Shown here: positions 38,299 to 51,500 of the stretch, one piece after another
Layout of the letters: each line of letters opens with the position of its first letter
Position numbering within the stretch: the stretch's first letter is position 1
DNA from: Podospora anserina
Taxonomy: Eukaryota
Assembly (NCBI GenBank): GCA_017654855.1
Contig: CM030335.1
Coordinates: 1,240,001-1,304,000, forward strand
Length of the DNA stretch: 64,000 nt
Direction: 5' to 3'
Translations under genes and position numbers: made by a program
Notes under the pieces: model-generated
What the model was told of the DNA's origin: nothing
The model's database searches: none
The model's input: only the letters and a program-made list of their open reading frames with translations

Positions 38299-40161
38299 AC
38301 GTGCGTGATAAGCGAGCCGAACAGACAAGCGAGCCGAACACTTTCCAACGCAGCGCAACCCTCCAACTTCTTTCACCAACTTTACCACCAATTCGCTATA
38401 AATTCACTTCCAACCGAATCTCGAATTATTTTAGCCCTCGAAGCTATCAAAAACGACCCAAATATTAGTCTTCGACGCGCAGCTAAGCTTTATAACGTAC
38501 CAATTACAACTCTCTATGACCGACGCGCTGGCCGGCTTGCACGACGCGATATGCCAGCCAACTCACGCAAGTTTACCGATTTGGAAGAGAAAACGATTGT
38601 TTAATATATTATTGAGCTATGTACACGCGTATTCCATCCTCGGCGTTCGTATGTAGAAGATATAGCCAATCGATTACTATGCGAACGCGACGCGCCTCCT
38701 GTTGGCGTACGATAGGCTTATAACTTCGTTAAACGCTAGCTAGAACTTCGGACGCGTTTTACGCGTAAATATAATTATTAGAGGGCCAAATGCGAGGATC
38801 TAAAGGTTATTAGCGAGTAGTTTACTTTCGTACGGAATACTAAGGCTAAGTACGGTATCGTGGATAACGATATTTATAATTTCGACGAGACTAGGTTTAT
38901 AATAAGTATTATTTTTACGGGTATAGTAGTTATAACTTCTAATAGCCGTAATAAGGCGAAACTAGCCTAGCCTAGTAACCGCGAATAGGTAATAGTAATC
39001 TAAAGAGTTAATACCCTCGGCTAAACTATCCCTCTTATTATTATTTTAATTACGTAATATTACTTTATTAACTAATATACTAAGTATAATTTACTATTTA
39101 CTTAGCGTATTATAATTATCGATAATAATTAGATTATTAATATAATAAGTTTAAATTAAATTAAATACTTCGATTATTATATAGCGTCCTATATAAAAGG
39201 TAAATACCGGTTATTAATCCTCGATAGTTACGAAAGTTATTACTCGACCGAATTTAAGTGTTATTACTAGTAAAATAATATTATTACGCTCTACATACCT
39301 CTATATTCTTTCTACCTCCTCCAGCTACTTAATATTAATTGCTTTAGGCCGCTAAAATAGGCGTACGGTCGCCAGATCGAGGACTTAATACGTATATATA
39401 TTAACTATATAAGTAAGCTCGAGTTCCTCTATACTTTCCGCGAAACTTTTTTCGCCTCTATAATAGAGAAGAATATATAGAGTAGCTTTATAGGTGCTAG
39501 CCTTATACCGTACGATCTAGAGAGGATACTTTTTAAGCTAAATATAAAGCTTCGTACGCTAATACCTCTAAACTTACGGCCCGGTACTATATAACCTTAG
39601 GTCTCCCAGATACTATATAACCCTCGAGAAACTAACTCACAGTTAACGCTCATTAAAACTCGCATTACTAACCATCAAAATAGCTCCCCGACTTCAATAT
39701 TGGCTACTATGGACCAGCTTACTATAAGTATAATGGCTGTGATGCACTAGGTGGCTCTCCTTCGTGCAAAGAACACTACACTCCGTAAGGCTAACGAGGC
39801 ACTAAGTAAGCGCCGGAGAGCCAAAAAAAACACGTATGCGGCTTGGAGGGTCACTTACTGTACAAGAGGCACAGGATCTACTGGATCAGAAGGCTGTAGG
39901 TGAGCAGGTAATCCAGGAAGATCGACAAAGTGGTGGTGGTGCAAGGGAGTCACGTCCGAAGATTCAGTGCTGTGGCGTGTGCGGTAAGCCAGGCCATAAT
40001 GCACGCACCTGCAAGGAGGCTGCAGAATCATCTGATTTATCTGTTTCTGGTTCAATTATTGTGGTTTCCTAGTATTGTGGTTGTGTAATTGAAGATAGTT
40101 GTAGTGGGGTGGTGGAAAGTGTTCGGCTCGCTTGTCTGTTCGGCTCGCTTATCATGCACGT
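38299..40161 (+). mobile_element. Fot1/Pot2-type DNA transposon inserted in pol of element Y
   Basis: TA TSDs; TIRs ACGTGC(G/A)TGATAAGCGAGCCGAACAGACAAGCGAGCCGAACACTTTCC; transposase ~38398-40072 with SLRRAAKLYNVPITTL HTH and CGVCGKPGHNARTC knuckle; many RIP stops. Confidence 0.95.
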
Positions 40162-42178
40162 TATTTTAAAAAAACCCGGTACATAAATTATTAAACTTTA
40201 ATCGACCGTTCGAGGTAGAGGCTAATTAATATCTTAAATTATACGATCGCTAAATGATTAGGCTAGCGAAATAGTAACGGAAAATGGTACTTAATACCTT
40301 TCTTTTCGAAAACATTAAAGAAAATACGTTAAAATTATTTAATTTATAATAAAGAACTATCTGTTACTATCGAAATATTCGAAAGGTAAAGGCTATATTT
40401 TAATAGTATTAATTACGAAATATAAATCTATATAAATTATAAAAACCTATAATGCTTTATTATTATAAAGGTTTTTATCGTACGGTAAACGCAATAACCA
40501 AAGTTTCTTTCGGAGTTCTTTTTTTAAATTAATTAAAAAAAGGTTCGGAAAATATTAGGGTAAACGTATTTAGCCGGCAAGCCGATTACTATAAAGATAT
40601 ATCTAGGAAAATACTATTATTATTTATAAAGATACTAACAGGTATTTTTTAGTATTCACTCTAGCTATAATAATGTATTATACAGAATATCGTACGTAAG
40701 TTACTTTAAATAAGTATTAAAGGAAATTAAGTAACAATATTATAGAGTAATATTAATAAGAAATATTAGAGCCGTAAAGTATTTAAAAAAATAATTAGGG
40801 AAAATTACAGTATAAAGATCGAGTGTACGTAAAGTTATGTAGCAAAACGTTATTAATTATAGAAACCTTTAGGTCGAAGCTCGAAGGGTATATAAATATT
40901 ATAAAGACTATAAAAAAAATTAAATAGTACTTTAATTAGTTAAGGATTTAAAATAACGTTAAAAAGCTATTTAGTTATACCATATGTAAAAAGAATAAGA
41001 GTTACGAAGTATAAGCTTTATATATTTTAAGAATTACTGCTAATAGCGGAACGACCATAAAATTTAATTATAATAAACCTTATTACTAAGTTACTAGAGT
41101 TAAGAGATAGAGTAATTATCGTTAAGTATAATAATTTATTAAAGGTAGTCGATAGACTTATCAAATAAGTATACTTCTTACCTACCCTATAAAGACACCT
41201 AATGGATAAAGCAATTAACAAATATAGTACTACAGTATATTATAGTAATATATATATAATTAAAGGAATTTATTTCGGACCGCGATATTAAATTTATATT
41301 AAAGTTTTAAGAAACGTTAATAACGAGGCAAGTGGTAATAAATAAGGCGTTTTCGGCTTATCACCTCTCAATAAGTAGTAAAATAAAATAATTGAACTAA
41401 AGTATAGAATATTATCAACGGAATTATATCATTTTTAAATAGGACGACTAAGTTAAACTATTATTTATAGTATAACTAATATATAATATATCGCTAATAG
41501 AGACGACTAAAATTATACTATTCTTTATAAACATTAAATATAAAGTCGACCTACGGTAAGGATTTAATATTAAGGTACCTAGAGTTCAAATTAGGGTAAA
41601 TTAGTTATATATATTCTATAGCAAACTTAAAGAAGAATTAAAATTTATAAGGGAATGAATACGAAAATACTATAATAGTAAAAAGTTTAAAGAACTTTAC
41701 TTTAAGGGGAAGGATATAGTATTCCTTTCTCTATATAATTTACGTATTAAGAGACTTAGTAAGAAGCTAAACTATAGGAGAGTAGACCTATTTAAGGTTA
41801 GAAAAAAATACCGGAAATAGAATTCGAATTAAAATTATTTAGTACGATACGTTTACAATTATATACCTTTTATATTTTACTTTCAAAACCTATACTACTA
41901 ATGAGTTAAATTAATACGTAAGAGGTAACGGAGGACGAAAAAAGAAATTTAAAATAGAAAACATATTAGATTTACGGTTTTATAAAGGATAATTAAAATA
42001 TTAAATTAATTAATTAAGATATCCGGCCATAGATAATTCGTAGAAATTAGCGGTAAATCTTAATTGCCTGAATAATCTAAAAGAATTCCACCTGTAATAC
42101 CTCAACCGATTAAAACTAATATAAGTAAAAGAAACGTGTTAAACTCTAAAGGAAAAGCTAAAGATTTTAAGATATAGG

Positions 42179-42249
42179 AACCTCGACGGGAATCAAATCT
42201 ATACCTTTAACGTAATAATCAACGTACTATATATTATACTATTAAAATT
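42179..42249 (-). ncRNA. tRNA-like element (antisense) in element Y
   Basis: Minus strand TAGTATAAT..TATTACG..AGATTTGATTCCCGTCGAGGTT, homologous to the X copy, B-box RIP-damaged. Confidence 0.5.
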
Positions 42250-42289
42250 AAGAAATACCTAGGGACTATTATATAATTAACGTTATATA

Positions 42290-42881
42290 TTAACTTCCCT
42301 AAGTAGTTAGTAGAGCCTCGTCGGTAATATTTTAACTAGCTAGGAAGAAAAGACCGGCCACATTGAAATCTAAAAGAAAGTCGGAAGGCCAGTTTAAATT
42401 TAAAAAAGGATCTAGAAATAAAAAGTCGGAACTGAGGGTCATAGAAGACACCGCAGTAAAATAATCCCGAAGAAAAACGGAACGAATAAACTCCTTTTTA
42501 CATTTAGTTTTTTCTAACTCCTCTACACTATCGAAACCACAAAAGACGGCTCACGATATTTGCTCTAACTGAGCTTTTTTTAAATAACGACAACGACGGA
42601 CCCTAACGTAAGTTACTTCGGTGAGTTCCTCGGCCTTTTTTAATTTAGCTTCGACGGTATCGTACTAAAAGATAATTTTAAAAAGCTAATCAAAAGGTTT
42701 ACATAAAGCGTCGTAATAAAGTAAAGTCTCCACGAATATATTTATCGTAATATAAAAAATTAAAAGAGAAAAGGACGTAAAAAAGATTATAGGAAATATA
42801 TACGGAGTAAAATAAAGGTATCGTAAATAAATCATCGAGGTTTTTTCTATGAAGCTTTATCGAGCAAACGCTTTTAAATAT
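42290..42881 (-). pseudogene. Antisense accessory ORF of element Y (~197 codons)
   Basis: Y-x2-Y-x6-Y-x9-Y-x2-Y, then a frameshift; VEAKLKKAEELTEVTYVRVRRCRYLKKAQLEQIS*AVFCGFDSVEELEK; tail DPFLNLNWPSDFLLDFNVAGLFF. Confidence 0.75.
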
Positions 42882-45800
42882 TATAAGAATAAAGAAAAAA
42901 AAGGAAAATAAACGGTTATTCTAGGGTTTAAATCGATAGACTTTCGACTTAAAAGGAGGGATATTATATTATAATTAAGCTGACGGGTAAAGCGAACCGT
43001 ATACGGAGTACGATACGTATAACTAATTGCTAATAGAATTAAATGGGACGGGAATAGCCTTGTCTGATGAATTGTTACTAAGAGTTAATAATATAACGTG
43101 GGACTATTACTAAAGGTTAATGATCTAGGACTGGATTATTCTAAGGGTTAATGATCCAGGAAACTACTAGGTATATATATACGGAGGAACTGGATAGTGT
43201 AGATAAATAGTTCCGTAATATATAATATAAGTTATAATCGTTAATATCTAGACTATTGTGATTAAGACAAGCCATTTATTGTATATTGTTCAGCTGTACC
43301 GAACCAAGATTGTTTAGAAGTGCTTTTAACTAGTATCCCTTTTAGAGGTTCTGGATAGGGGTTCGTCACATAGATGTATTGTATCTGGAAGTTTAAAAAG
43401 TACTCATAATTCTTATTTTGGTTATTTTAGAATTCTTATGAATTTATTACTATAAGTAATTAATTTCTTTAACATTATTTTCATATATGTTTCAATAGTT
43501 TTCTAATATCCTTGAATAATTAATTAACATTAAAATCTTCTTATAAATTCATTAAAGTAAAGGCTAAACATAACACTTTAAAAACATAATAAAATCACCA
43601 TTAAAGTTAGGTATTTAAATACCTATTTATAAGTTTTAAATAGACTTTTGAAAAACTATCGTTTTGAAAGTTTAAAGATTGTTATGAAACATTTACTTTT
43701 AATTTTTCATAATATTGATTTTGATATACTAAACTCTAATATTTTGTTACTATTATTAGTTATGGAAACAAATTTTTGTTTTTATTTTATAGAAGAAATA
43801 TTATTTTAAGGATATTTAAAATATAAAAAGTAATATTGTATATAACTCTATTTAAACTTTATTCGGAGTTTTAAGCAGTTGATAAATTATCTCTATCATA
43901 CAAATATCCTAAATAAAACTACTAAGCCTTAATCCTATTTTTCGAGAACATACCAACCTGTTTATTTTTTATCTTTAAATTAAATTAACTAGCAATAACC
44001 AAAAATCAATGTATTTTTGAGTTATATTTACTACTTATTTATACTGATAAATTCCCTAAACTATTATCGTTAAGAAAAAGAGTTTGAATAAGATATAGTT
44101 CAAATTTCATGTATAATTATTTCAACCGTATTAATTCAATACAACTACGTGGATAATTTTAATTATATTCTACAGAAAAGATAAGTGTCTGAATATTAGA
44201 GAGTATAAGATTTGATTTCATAAAAATTAACAGTATGATTTTAATTCAGGCTTATTAAATTTTTTGGTTCTAGGAATAAATTGTTATACATAATTCATAG
44301 TATTGAAAAAGATAAGTTGTATAGAAGGATAACAAATAACTTTCAATTAAAGAAAGTTTTCGGTAGTAAAATATCTTATTTACTTATTTAGTTATAAGTT
44401 TACTATTACTGTCCTTAGTTACTTTATCAACTTATCTTTTAGCTTCGGATTATACCTTTCAACGCATTTCTAAAACGTATTTTATAAATAGTTCATTTTA
44501 CTATTATAGTATAGTTTTTTATTATAGTTAATTATATACTAAATTCAAGTTTTAATATTAAATATAGTTACAAGAGAATTAAAATCAAACTTGTACTTTA
44601 CATTTACCGTTATTATTTGATTATTGTAATTAATTTACATACACCAGTAAATAAGTAAGTATAATGTGTATCAGTACGGTTATTTTAGTACTTATAGAGT
44701 TTACTTTAAATTTTTAATATTTCCTAAGTTATAGACACCTATTTGGTTAGGTTTTCATATGTAAGAGCTTCTTCATGAAGATTAAGGTAAAGAAGTCCAG
44801 GGTTATAAAATATTTATAAAGATAGAAGGAAGATCTTCTTAATTTGACACGTCAAGTTATTATTGATACATTATTTTTTATATAGGTATGATGGATGTAA
44901 AATAGAAATTAATATATTTATATTTATTGAAGATATATAAACGTGGATGTATAATATTATACTAATAATGATCCTTTTAGTAATTTATATAAATAATTTA
45001 GGTAAGATAAACGAGAAAATATAAATATGTTAGAAAATTAGTTTTCTAAAAGGTAAGAGATTTAAAAAGAACTTAAATAAAAGAAAATGTGATATATATT
45101 CCACTAGTTAGTTTTTGAAAGGTAATTTAACCCTTTATTTAAAAAGTTAAGTCTAATAATTTAAAAGAGATTACTTCCGTATATAAAGAAAAATATTTAA
45201 ACCCTATTTCCCATTGAATAAAGCACTATTTTCAATATAAGCTCCTCTTTATTTTACTTCTTCTATCAATATAACCCTACATTCCCTCTCACTATTATTA
45301 GTATCTTCTTCAAATTTATTAATATTAATATACTTTACTGTTTTTTTATTCACTTTTGACATATCATTTACTTTCTAATATTCCTTTTATTTTCTGTAAT
45401 ATATTATTTTACCTCACTATTAAGATTATAATAAATATTTTCTTCTAACCTATTATCTATTGCTATTTTTTTGGGGTTATTTTCATTTATATTAATAATC
45501 ATATCTTTATCCTTGCTATTAAATTTTCTTTTTCTTTCGTTTCCATTTATTTCAACCTTTGCTACGTTTATTATTATTATTAATACTTTTATCTTCTATC
45601 TTTAATTCAAATGATTAATAATGAATTTTTAATACTGATATATATTTTATCTGTTAGTGTGACGAACCTCTATCCAGAACCTCTGAAAAGGATACTAGTA
45701 GAAGGCACTTCTGAACAATCCTGATTCGGTACAGCTATACAGTATACAACAAATGCCTTGTATCAATCACAGTAGTTAAGATACCAACAATTGTAACTTA

Positions 45801-46179
45801 TATTTATTCTATATTGCGGAACTATCTATTTATACCAGGCAGTTCCTCCGTATATATAGATTTACTAATATTCGAAATTCTTAACTTTTAACAATAATGC
45901 CTTTCTAGAATATTAACTTTTAATAATAATCCCGCACTAAATTATTAACTGTTAATAATAATCCTATAAGTAAAGCCATTCTCTATCCTAATTAAAATTA
46001 TTAATAACTAACTATACGCATTATATTCCGTATACGGTCCGTCCTACGTATAAATATAGTTATAATATAATACCCTTCTTTTTAGGTTAAAGTCCCGTCG
46101 ACTTAAGTCCTAAAATAACCGTTTATTACCTATCTTTCTCTTCCTATAAATATTCCGCTTACCTTTCTTTATTTTTTAC

Positions 46180-46793
46180 GATATTTAACTATATAAATAA
46201 ATAAAATATTTTAAACTACTTAATCCCTAAAGCTTTATAGAGATTTCGTTTCGTAAGTCGACTAGAATATCTTCGTTTTATTCTGTATATACTTTTTACA
46301 ATTTTTCCTACGTCCTCTTTTATTTTATTTTTTTATATTGCTATAATTATATTTACTAAGCCTTTCCTTATTATAATACCCTAAGCGTATAAATAAGTTA
46401 GTCGTTTAAATTATTCTTTAACATAATATTATTTAAATTTAATAAAAATTAAATAAAGAAATGATAAAGGTAACCTATATTAGAGTTCGTCGGTTTTATT
46501 AAAAAAAGGTTTTATTAAAGCGAATATCGCGAAATGTTTTTTATAGTTTCGATAACGTAAAGAAACTAAAAAGGGCTCAGCGCGAACAGTACTCCGCTCG
46601 TTCCGCTTTTCCTCGGGATCGTGCCGTAATAAAGCTTTTTATTACTATTCCTTCCGACTTCTGTTTCCTAAATTCTTCTCTAAACCTTAATCAATCTTCC
46701 GATCTTTCTTTATCTCCTAATATAGCCGCTCCTTCCTTCCTAACCAGTTAAGGTGTTACTAATAATACGACTCTAGCTTTTTATAGTAAATAA
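46180..46793 (+). pseudogene. Antisense accessory ORF of element W
   Basis: 46279-46374 reads Y-x2-Y-x6-Y-x9-C-x2-Y-x6-YY, with the fourth Cys still TGC (46339-46341); KVTYIRVRRF..SFDNVKKLKRAQREQ follows. Confidence 0.7.
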
Positions 46794-46832
46794 TATGCAA
46801 TATTAATTTATGTCGGTCCCTATGTATTTATT

Positions 46833-46900
46833 AATTTTTTAGTGCAATATATACTACCTGCTATTACGTTAGAAGCGCGGCTTTAATTTCCGTCGAGGAT
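46833..46900 (+). ncRNA. Degraded tRNA-like element in element W
   Basis: TAGTGCAAT..CTATTACG..GCGCGGCTTTAATTTCCGTCGAGG at the homologous position. Confidence 0.45.
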
Positions 46901-47901
46901 TTTTTATATTTAGATTGATAAATATGATCCATAATTCAAGCGCAGATATTTTTATCTCTATTGGTTTTAATCGGTTTAAATATTATTAATAGAATTCCTT
47001 TTATTTATCAAGGTAATTTAAATTTACCGTTATTTTTAACGAGTTATTTATACTTAAGTAACCTAATTAACTATTTAAACATTCCAACTAACCTTTATTC
47101 AATTATAAATTTAGTATTTCCTCTATATTATATTTCGTTTCTTCGTCTTCTACTATTTCCTTAATATTAACTTTACTTACCGGTACTATGGGTTTTAAAA
47201 GTAAAATATAAAGGGCATATAACCCTAAATATACTATACTAAGTAGCTCTAGTTCGAATGTTATTTCCGATATCTTTCTCTTAACTTAAACTAAACCTAC
47301 TTTTTTATAATTTAACTTTTTATTAAGTCTTTTAATACGGAAATTACATATAGAAAAGAATACTATATCCTTCCTTCCAATGTAAAGTCCCTCGAGCTTT
47401 TTAATATTATAGTATTCCATATCCTTTCTCCTATAAACTCTAATCTTTCTTTAAACTTTCACCAAAATATGTATATTTTACTTCCTTTAATACAAACCCT
47501 AGGTACCTTTATATGAGGTCCTTACCGTAGATTTATTTTATATTTTAAGTTCACTAAAAATAACGTACCTTTCGTTATTTTTATTAGTAATGTATTTAGG
47601 TTAATTATACTATAAGTAATACTTTAGTTTAATTATTTTAATGAAAATTAATATATTCCCGTAAACATTATTTTATAATTTAATTAGGCTGTTCCGTTGA
47701 ACTATTTTTTAAGGATAGTAAACCGAAAACGCTTCACTTACCCCTTAACCTCATTATTAACGCTCTTGAAAACTTTAAGATAAATTTAATATTACGGTTC
47801 GTAAGAAACTTTTTTACTTATAAATATATTACGAAAATATAATATAATACTATAACCATTTACTATTTTTCCAACTAAGTCTTTTTGTAAGGTAAAAGTA
47901 A

Positions 47902-48107
47902 GTCCACGGTCCCAAGGTCTATATATACGGAGGAACTGGCTGGTGTAGATAGACAGTTCCGCAGTATGCAATACAAGTCACAATCGTGGTATCTAAGCTG
48001 TTGTGATTAAGACATCTTGTTGTGCACTGTTTAGCTGCACCGAACTAATTGTCAGAAGTTACCTTCAACTTATCCGTGACAGAGGTTCTGTACAGGGGTT
48101 CGTCACA
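47902..48107 (+). mobile_element. Half LTR (end of U3 type d, core and U5), essentially un-RIPed
   Basis: GTCCACGGTCCCAAGGTCTATATATACGG..GGGGTTCGTCACA. Confidence 0.88.
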
Positions 48108-48150
48108 TAACCTAAAATCAATAATTAGGTTTATGTTTGCTCCAACGTTA

Positions 48151-48555
48151 TGTGACGAACTTCTCTCCAGAACCTCTGAAAGGGGTACTAGTTGAAGGCA
48201 CTTCTGAATAATTCTGGTTTGGTACAGCTAAACAATGTACAACAAATGGCTTGTCTCAAGCACAATAGCTAAGATACTAACGATTGCGACTTGAATTGCA
48301 TACTGCGGAACTGTCTATCTACACCAGCCAGTTCCTCCGTATATATAGACCTTGGGACCGTGGACCGTTGACCTACAGACGGTCCTCGGTCCACTCCTGA
48401 TTGGCCGATGCTGGACCGTGGACCGTGAGCCCCGCCGCGGTTCCCGGTCCCCATCTCATTGGTCCGTTCTGTCCACCTGGACCGTGAGCCCCGCTCGATC
48501 GCCCAGTCCAGTCCTGATGGTTTCTTGTGGCCCCACTGTCTTCCAAACCGTGACA
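48151..48555 (-). mobile_element. Solo LTR, U3 type d
   Basis: TG..CA termini, exact TSD CGTTA. Confidence 0.93.
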
Positions 48556-48560
48556 CGTTA

Positions 48561-51500
48561 GGAATTGCTAACATCTTTATTTTATTGCATTTTAAAGAAG
48601 GAAATATTTGATAATTTTTGTTAAATTTTTTAATATATATATGAATATCATTTATGACTATTGTTAACTACTTTTTATGAAATGAAATTGAATGGCTCGA
48701 TAATGAAATGTTTTTTTAAAAATATATATGTATATTATAATTTCAGAAAAGGTTATCATTTTACATATCTTTAGAATAATACTAATAAGGCTATAGTTAG
48801 TAAAGTATTATAATTATTATCTAGGTATTTTAACTTTTAAATTGTTTTTTGAAAATCAATTATATTATCTTTCTTAAAAGATTATTTTATGAGTTTATTA
48901 GTTACTTTATAATAGTATTTCAAAATGTACTATAATATACATTTGATTGATTTAATTCGTTTATTTTAAAAAATATTTTAGAATTTAATATTTTATCATT
49001 ATAATAAAAATGATACTTTACAGTTTATTATGCTTTATTTATTATACTCTTTTTAAGTAAACTATAATCTGAAACATTTCACTTTAAGTTAACTAATTAT
49101 ACTTAATAGTTTATACTGTGTTAAAATAATATATTATTGAATTCTACGCTCATTACAAAATTAAAGTGGTTTCCTAATTGTTATGATATTAAAAGGATTA
49201 GTTTTTATTTTTATTAAAGCTTCATTAATGTACTAGGAGCAAATTTATAATTTATCAACAAGATTGAAAGATATAGTGTCATATTAAATGATAAATCTCT
49301 TGTCATTAAAATACATCCAAATATATTTCAGTGTAAGTAAAATTCAACATATATGTTAGTAAAGACTTTAGTTTAATTAATAACTTATTATTTCATTACT
49401 TTCTAATTATCTGTATAAAAGTAAAGGCTACTATTAGGTATATATATATATATCTATATATAACACTAAAATCATTCATATTATAGCATTAAATCCTTAT
49501 TTATTTTATATTTAAAATGTTCATTATATATGCTAGGTACGTTATAATTCTAATGGTCAGTTTTTTATATATACAACCATGTTTGGATTCTTTAGTAACC
49601 GTTACTAATATTAAGTTGTAATTATTAATAAAATAAAAGAAGGCTATAGTAGAAGCTATAATATTTTCAAAAGACTTAAAGAAATAAGTAAAATCTTGAA
49701 TTTCAATTACTTTAAGTAATTATTTTATAATTATTCTTCATTACTTTTTTTTTAGTAAGTTCATATCCTTAATATAGTTTTTTAATATAATTGAATAAGC
49801 GTTTTTGAAAATCTCAACTATAATTATATTAATTATAATAAAAGTTCAAGGTTTCATTAAGTAATAATAATCCTGGCTATTCTTAAGAATATCGCTGTAA
49901 TTGTTCTACTTTGTAGGATATTTATGAGTCTCTCCTTAAATTCTAATAGGTAATAGTATTTCTGAAAGATTTTAGTCATTTATAATCTATGTTATAAATT
50001 AATTTTCAAATATTATTTAATTAATTAAATCTTTTTTACATTAAGTTAAGGGTTTTAAACTACCATCGATTTTTACTAGAAAATTATAAGTTAATAATAC
50101 ATTATGATAGAACAAATTTTGATTTTTTAAATTTATTAATAAATTATTAATATGATTTATCCTTTTTGACATATATTTGATGTTTTAGATATTTAATTTT
50201 AAAAGCTTTTTTGAGAAATGAAAAGTATTATTAATTATAACTTAAAAGGAATTTATATTTAATATATTCTTCTTAATAATCAAATCATATGACCTTTTCA
50301 TTATAGTAATCGATGATATCAGTTTAAATGTAATGTTTAGATTTTTCAATATTTATAGTAGAAAATATATTTCTCATGATAAAATTCTATTGATAAGTAA
50401 ATAATATACTTTCAAATTTTAGAAATCATATAAATAATTTAAAACGGTTTATTATTTATTGTAAAATATAATATTATCCCAGTTAACTATTTATATCTTT
50501 ACTGAAATATCCCTTTGTAGAATAAAATTATAATTATTAATGATGCTTTAAAAGAATATATTAATATATCATTCATGGTTTTAATTCCTAATTCCTGTGT
50601 CTTTATGCATAAAACAATGACTTTTTTATATTAAAATATAAATTTTTTAATTATAAGATGATATAATGAATTTTAAAACTAAATAATCAAAAGATCTAAG
50701 TTACTATAATATTTTTATTGTAAGATTTATTTATACTAATACTATTATAGAAATTTAAATTAAATAAATTATTATTGCTATAAAGTAACGTAATACTCTT
50801 TGTAGTTGATATCATAGAATTTTTTATATTCAGTTGAGGATTTAACATGAATCGTAAGCTAAAACATTAGGATATTAGAGTAGTTTAGAGTTTAAGAAAA
50901 GATTTACAGAGAGACTCTATTTTGTATTAGTTTCGATATTTACAACATTTTCTAGTTACAAAAAAGAATTTATTTTTAAATATTGTAGAATTATCAATTG
51001 CATTTATTATTAAGTTAATATAACTTTATTTAGTTTCTATTTACGAATATAATTATCCTAGTTATTACTTCAATAATGAAGTGAGTATTCAAAGATATTA
51101 ATTTTATTAGGATATTCCATTTATGCAGGGTAGTAATGTTTTAGTAGTTTTTAGTAAAGTATATATTACTATAAAGAATATAAGAATTCTGGTAGAGTAA
51201 TCGCTCGTTTACAATTAAGCTTATTTTTATTATACGGTACCATATTTTAAAACATATATGTTATTGATACTATTATAGCAGTGAGAAAGGTTTATTGTTC
51301 TGGATATGTAGTTATATTTTCAATAGTACGAAGTTTTAAATTGTGGGGTATTCTTTATAATACACTTTTTTTGAATTAATAGATCATAGCTTTAGCCTGT
51401 TGGTTTAGGTTTATTTTATAATATAAACCTCCTTAGCAATGATTATATTTTTTGATATTATTATTATTCATTATTAATACGTATTTATTTTTAGTTTGTA
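48561..51500 (-). mobile_element. Older degraded retroelement relic (RT/RNase H-like remnants)
   Basis: AT-rich RIP pattern; weak resemblance to gypsy pol around 49900-51000. Confidence 0.35.

Larger units (their letters stand above)
27469..43370 (+). mobile_element. Gypsy/chromovirus element Y (U3 type c), RIP-inactivated; 5' LTR 27469-27809 + 35358-35426, 3' LTR 42967-43370; hosts element X and a Fot1 copy
   Basis: Exact TSD TAGAT, matching LTRs, PPT AAAAGGAGGG before 42967; decayed gag, RT (~37550-38050), RNase H, integrase (~41050-41500) and chromodomain (~41950-42110); ~0.85 kb gag/protease deletion near 36845 relative to X. Confidence 0.92.
45658..47901 (-). mobile_element. 5'-truncated copy of the main family (element W, U3 type c): 3' LTR 45658-46067, accessory region, chromodomain, partial integrase
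   Basis: LTR homologous to those of Y, PPT-like tract, internal sequence collinear with X; ends abruptly at a half LTR. Confidence 0.85.

Noticed and set aside
48269-48574. Short ORFs inside LTRs (also at 26367, 35170, 53914, 61861)
   Set aside because: Chance open frames in GC-rich LTR islands, not conserved between U3 types.
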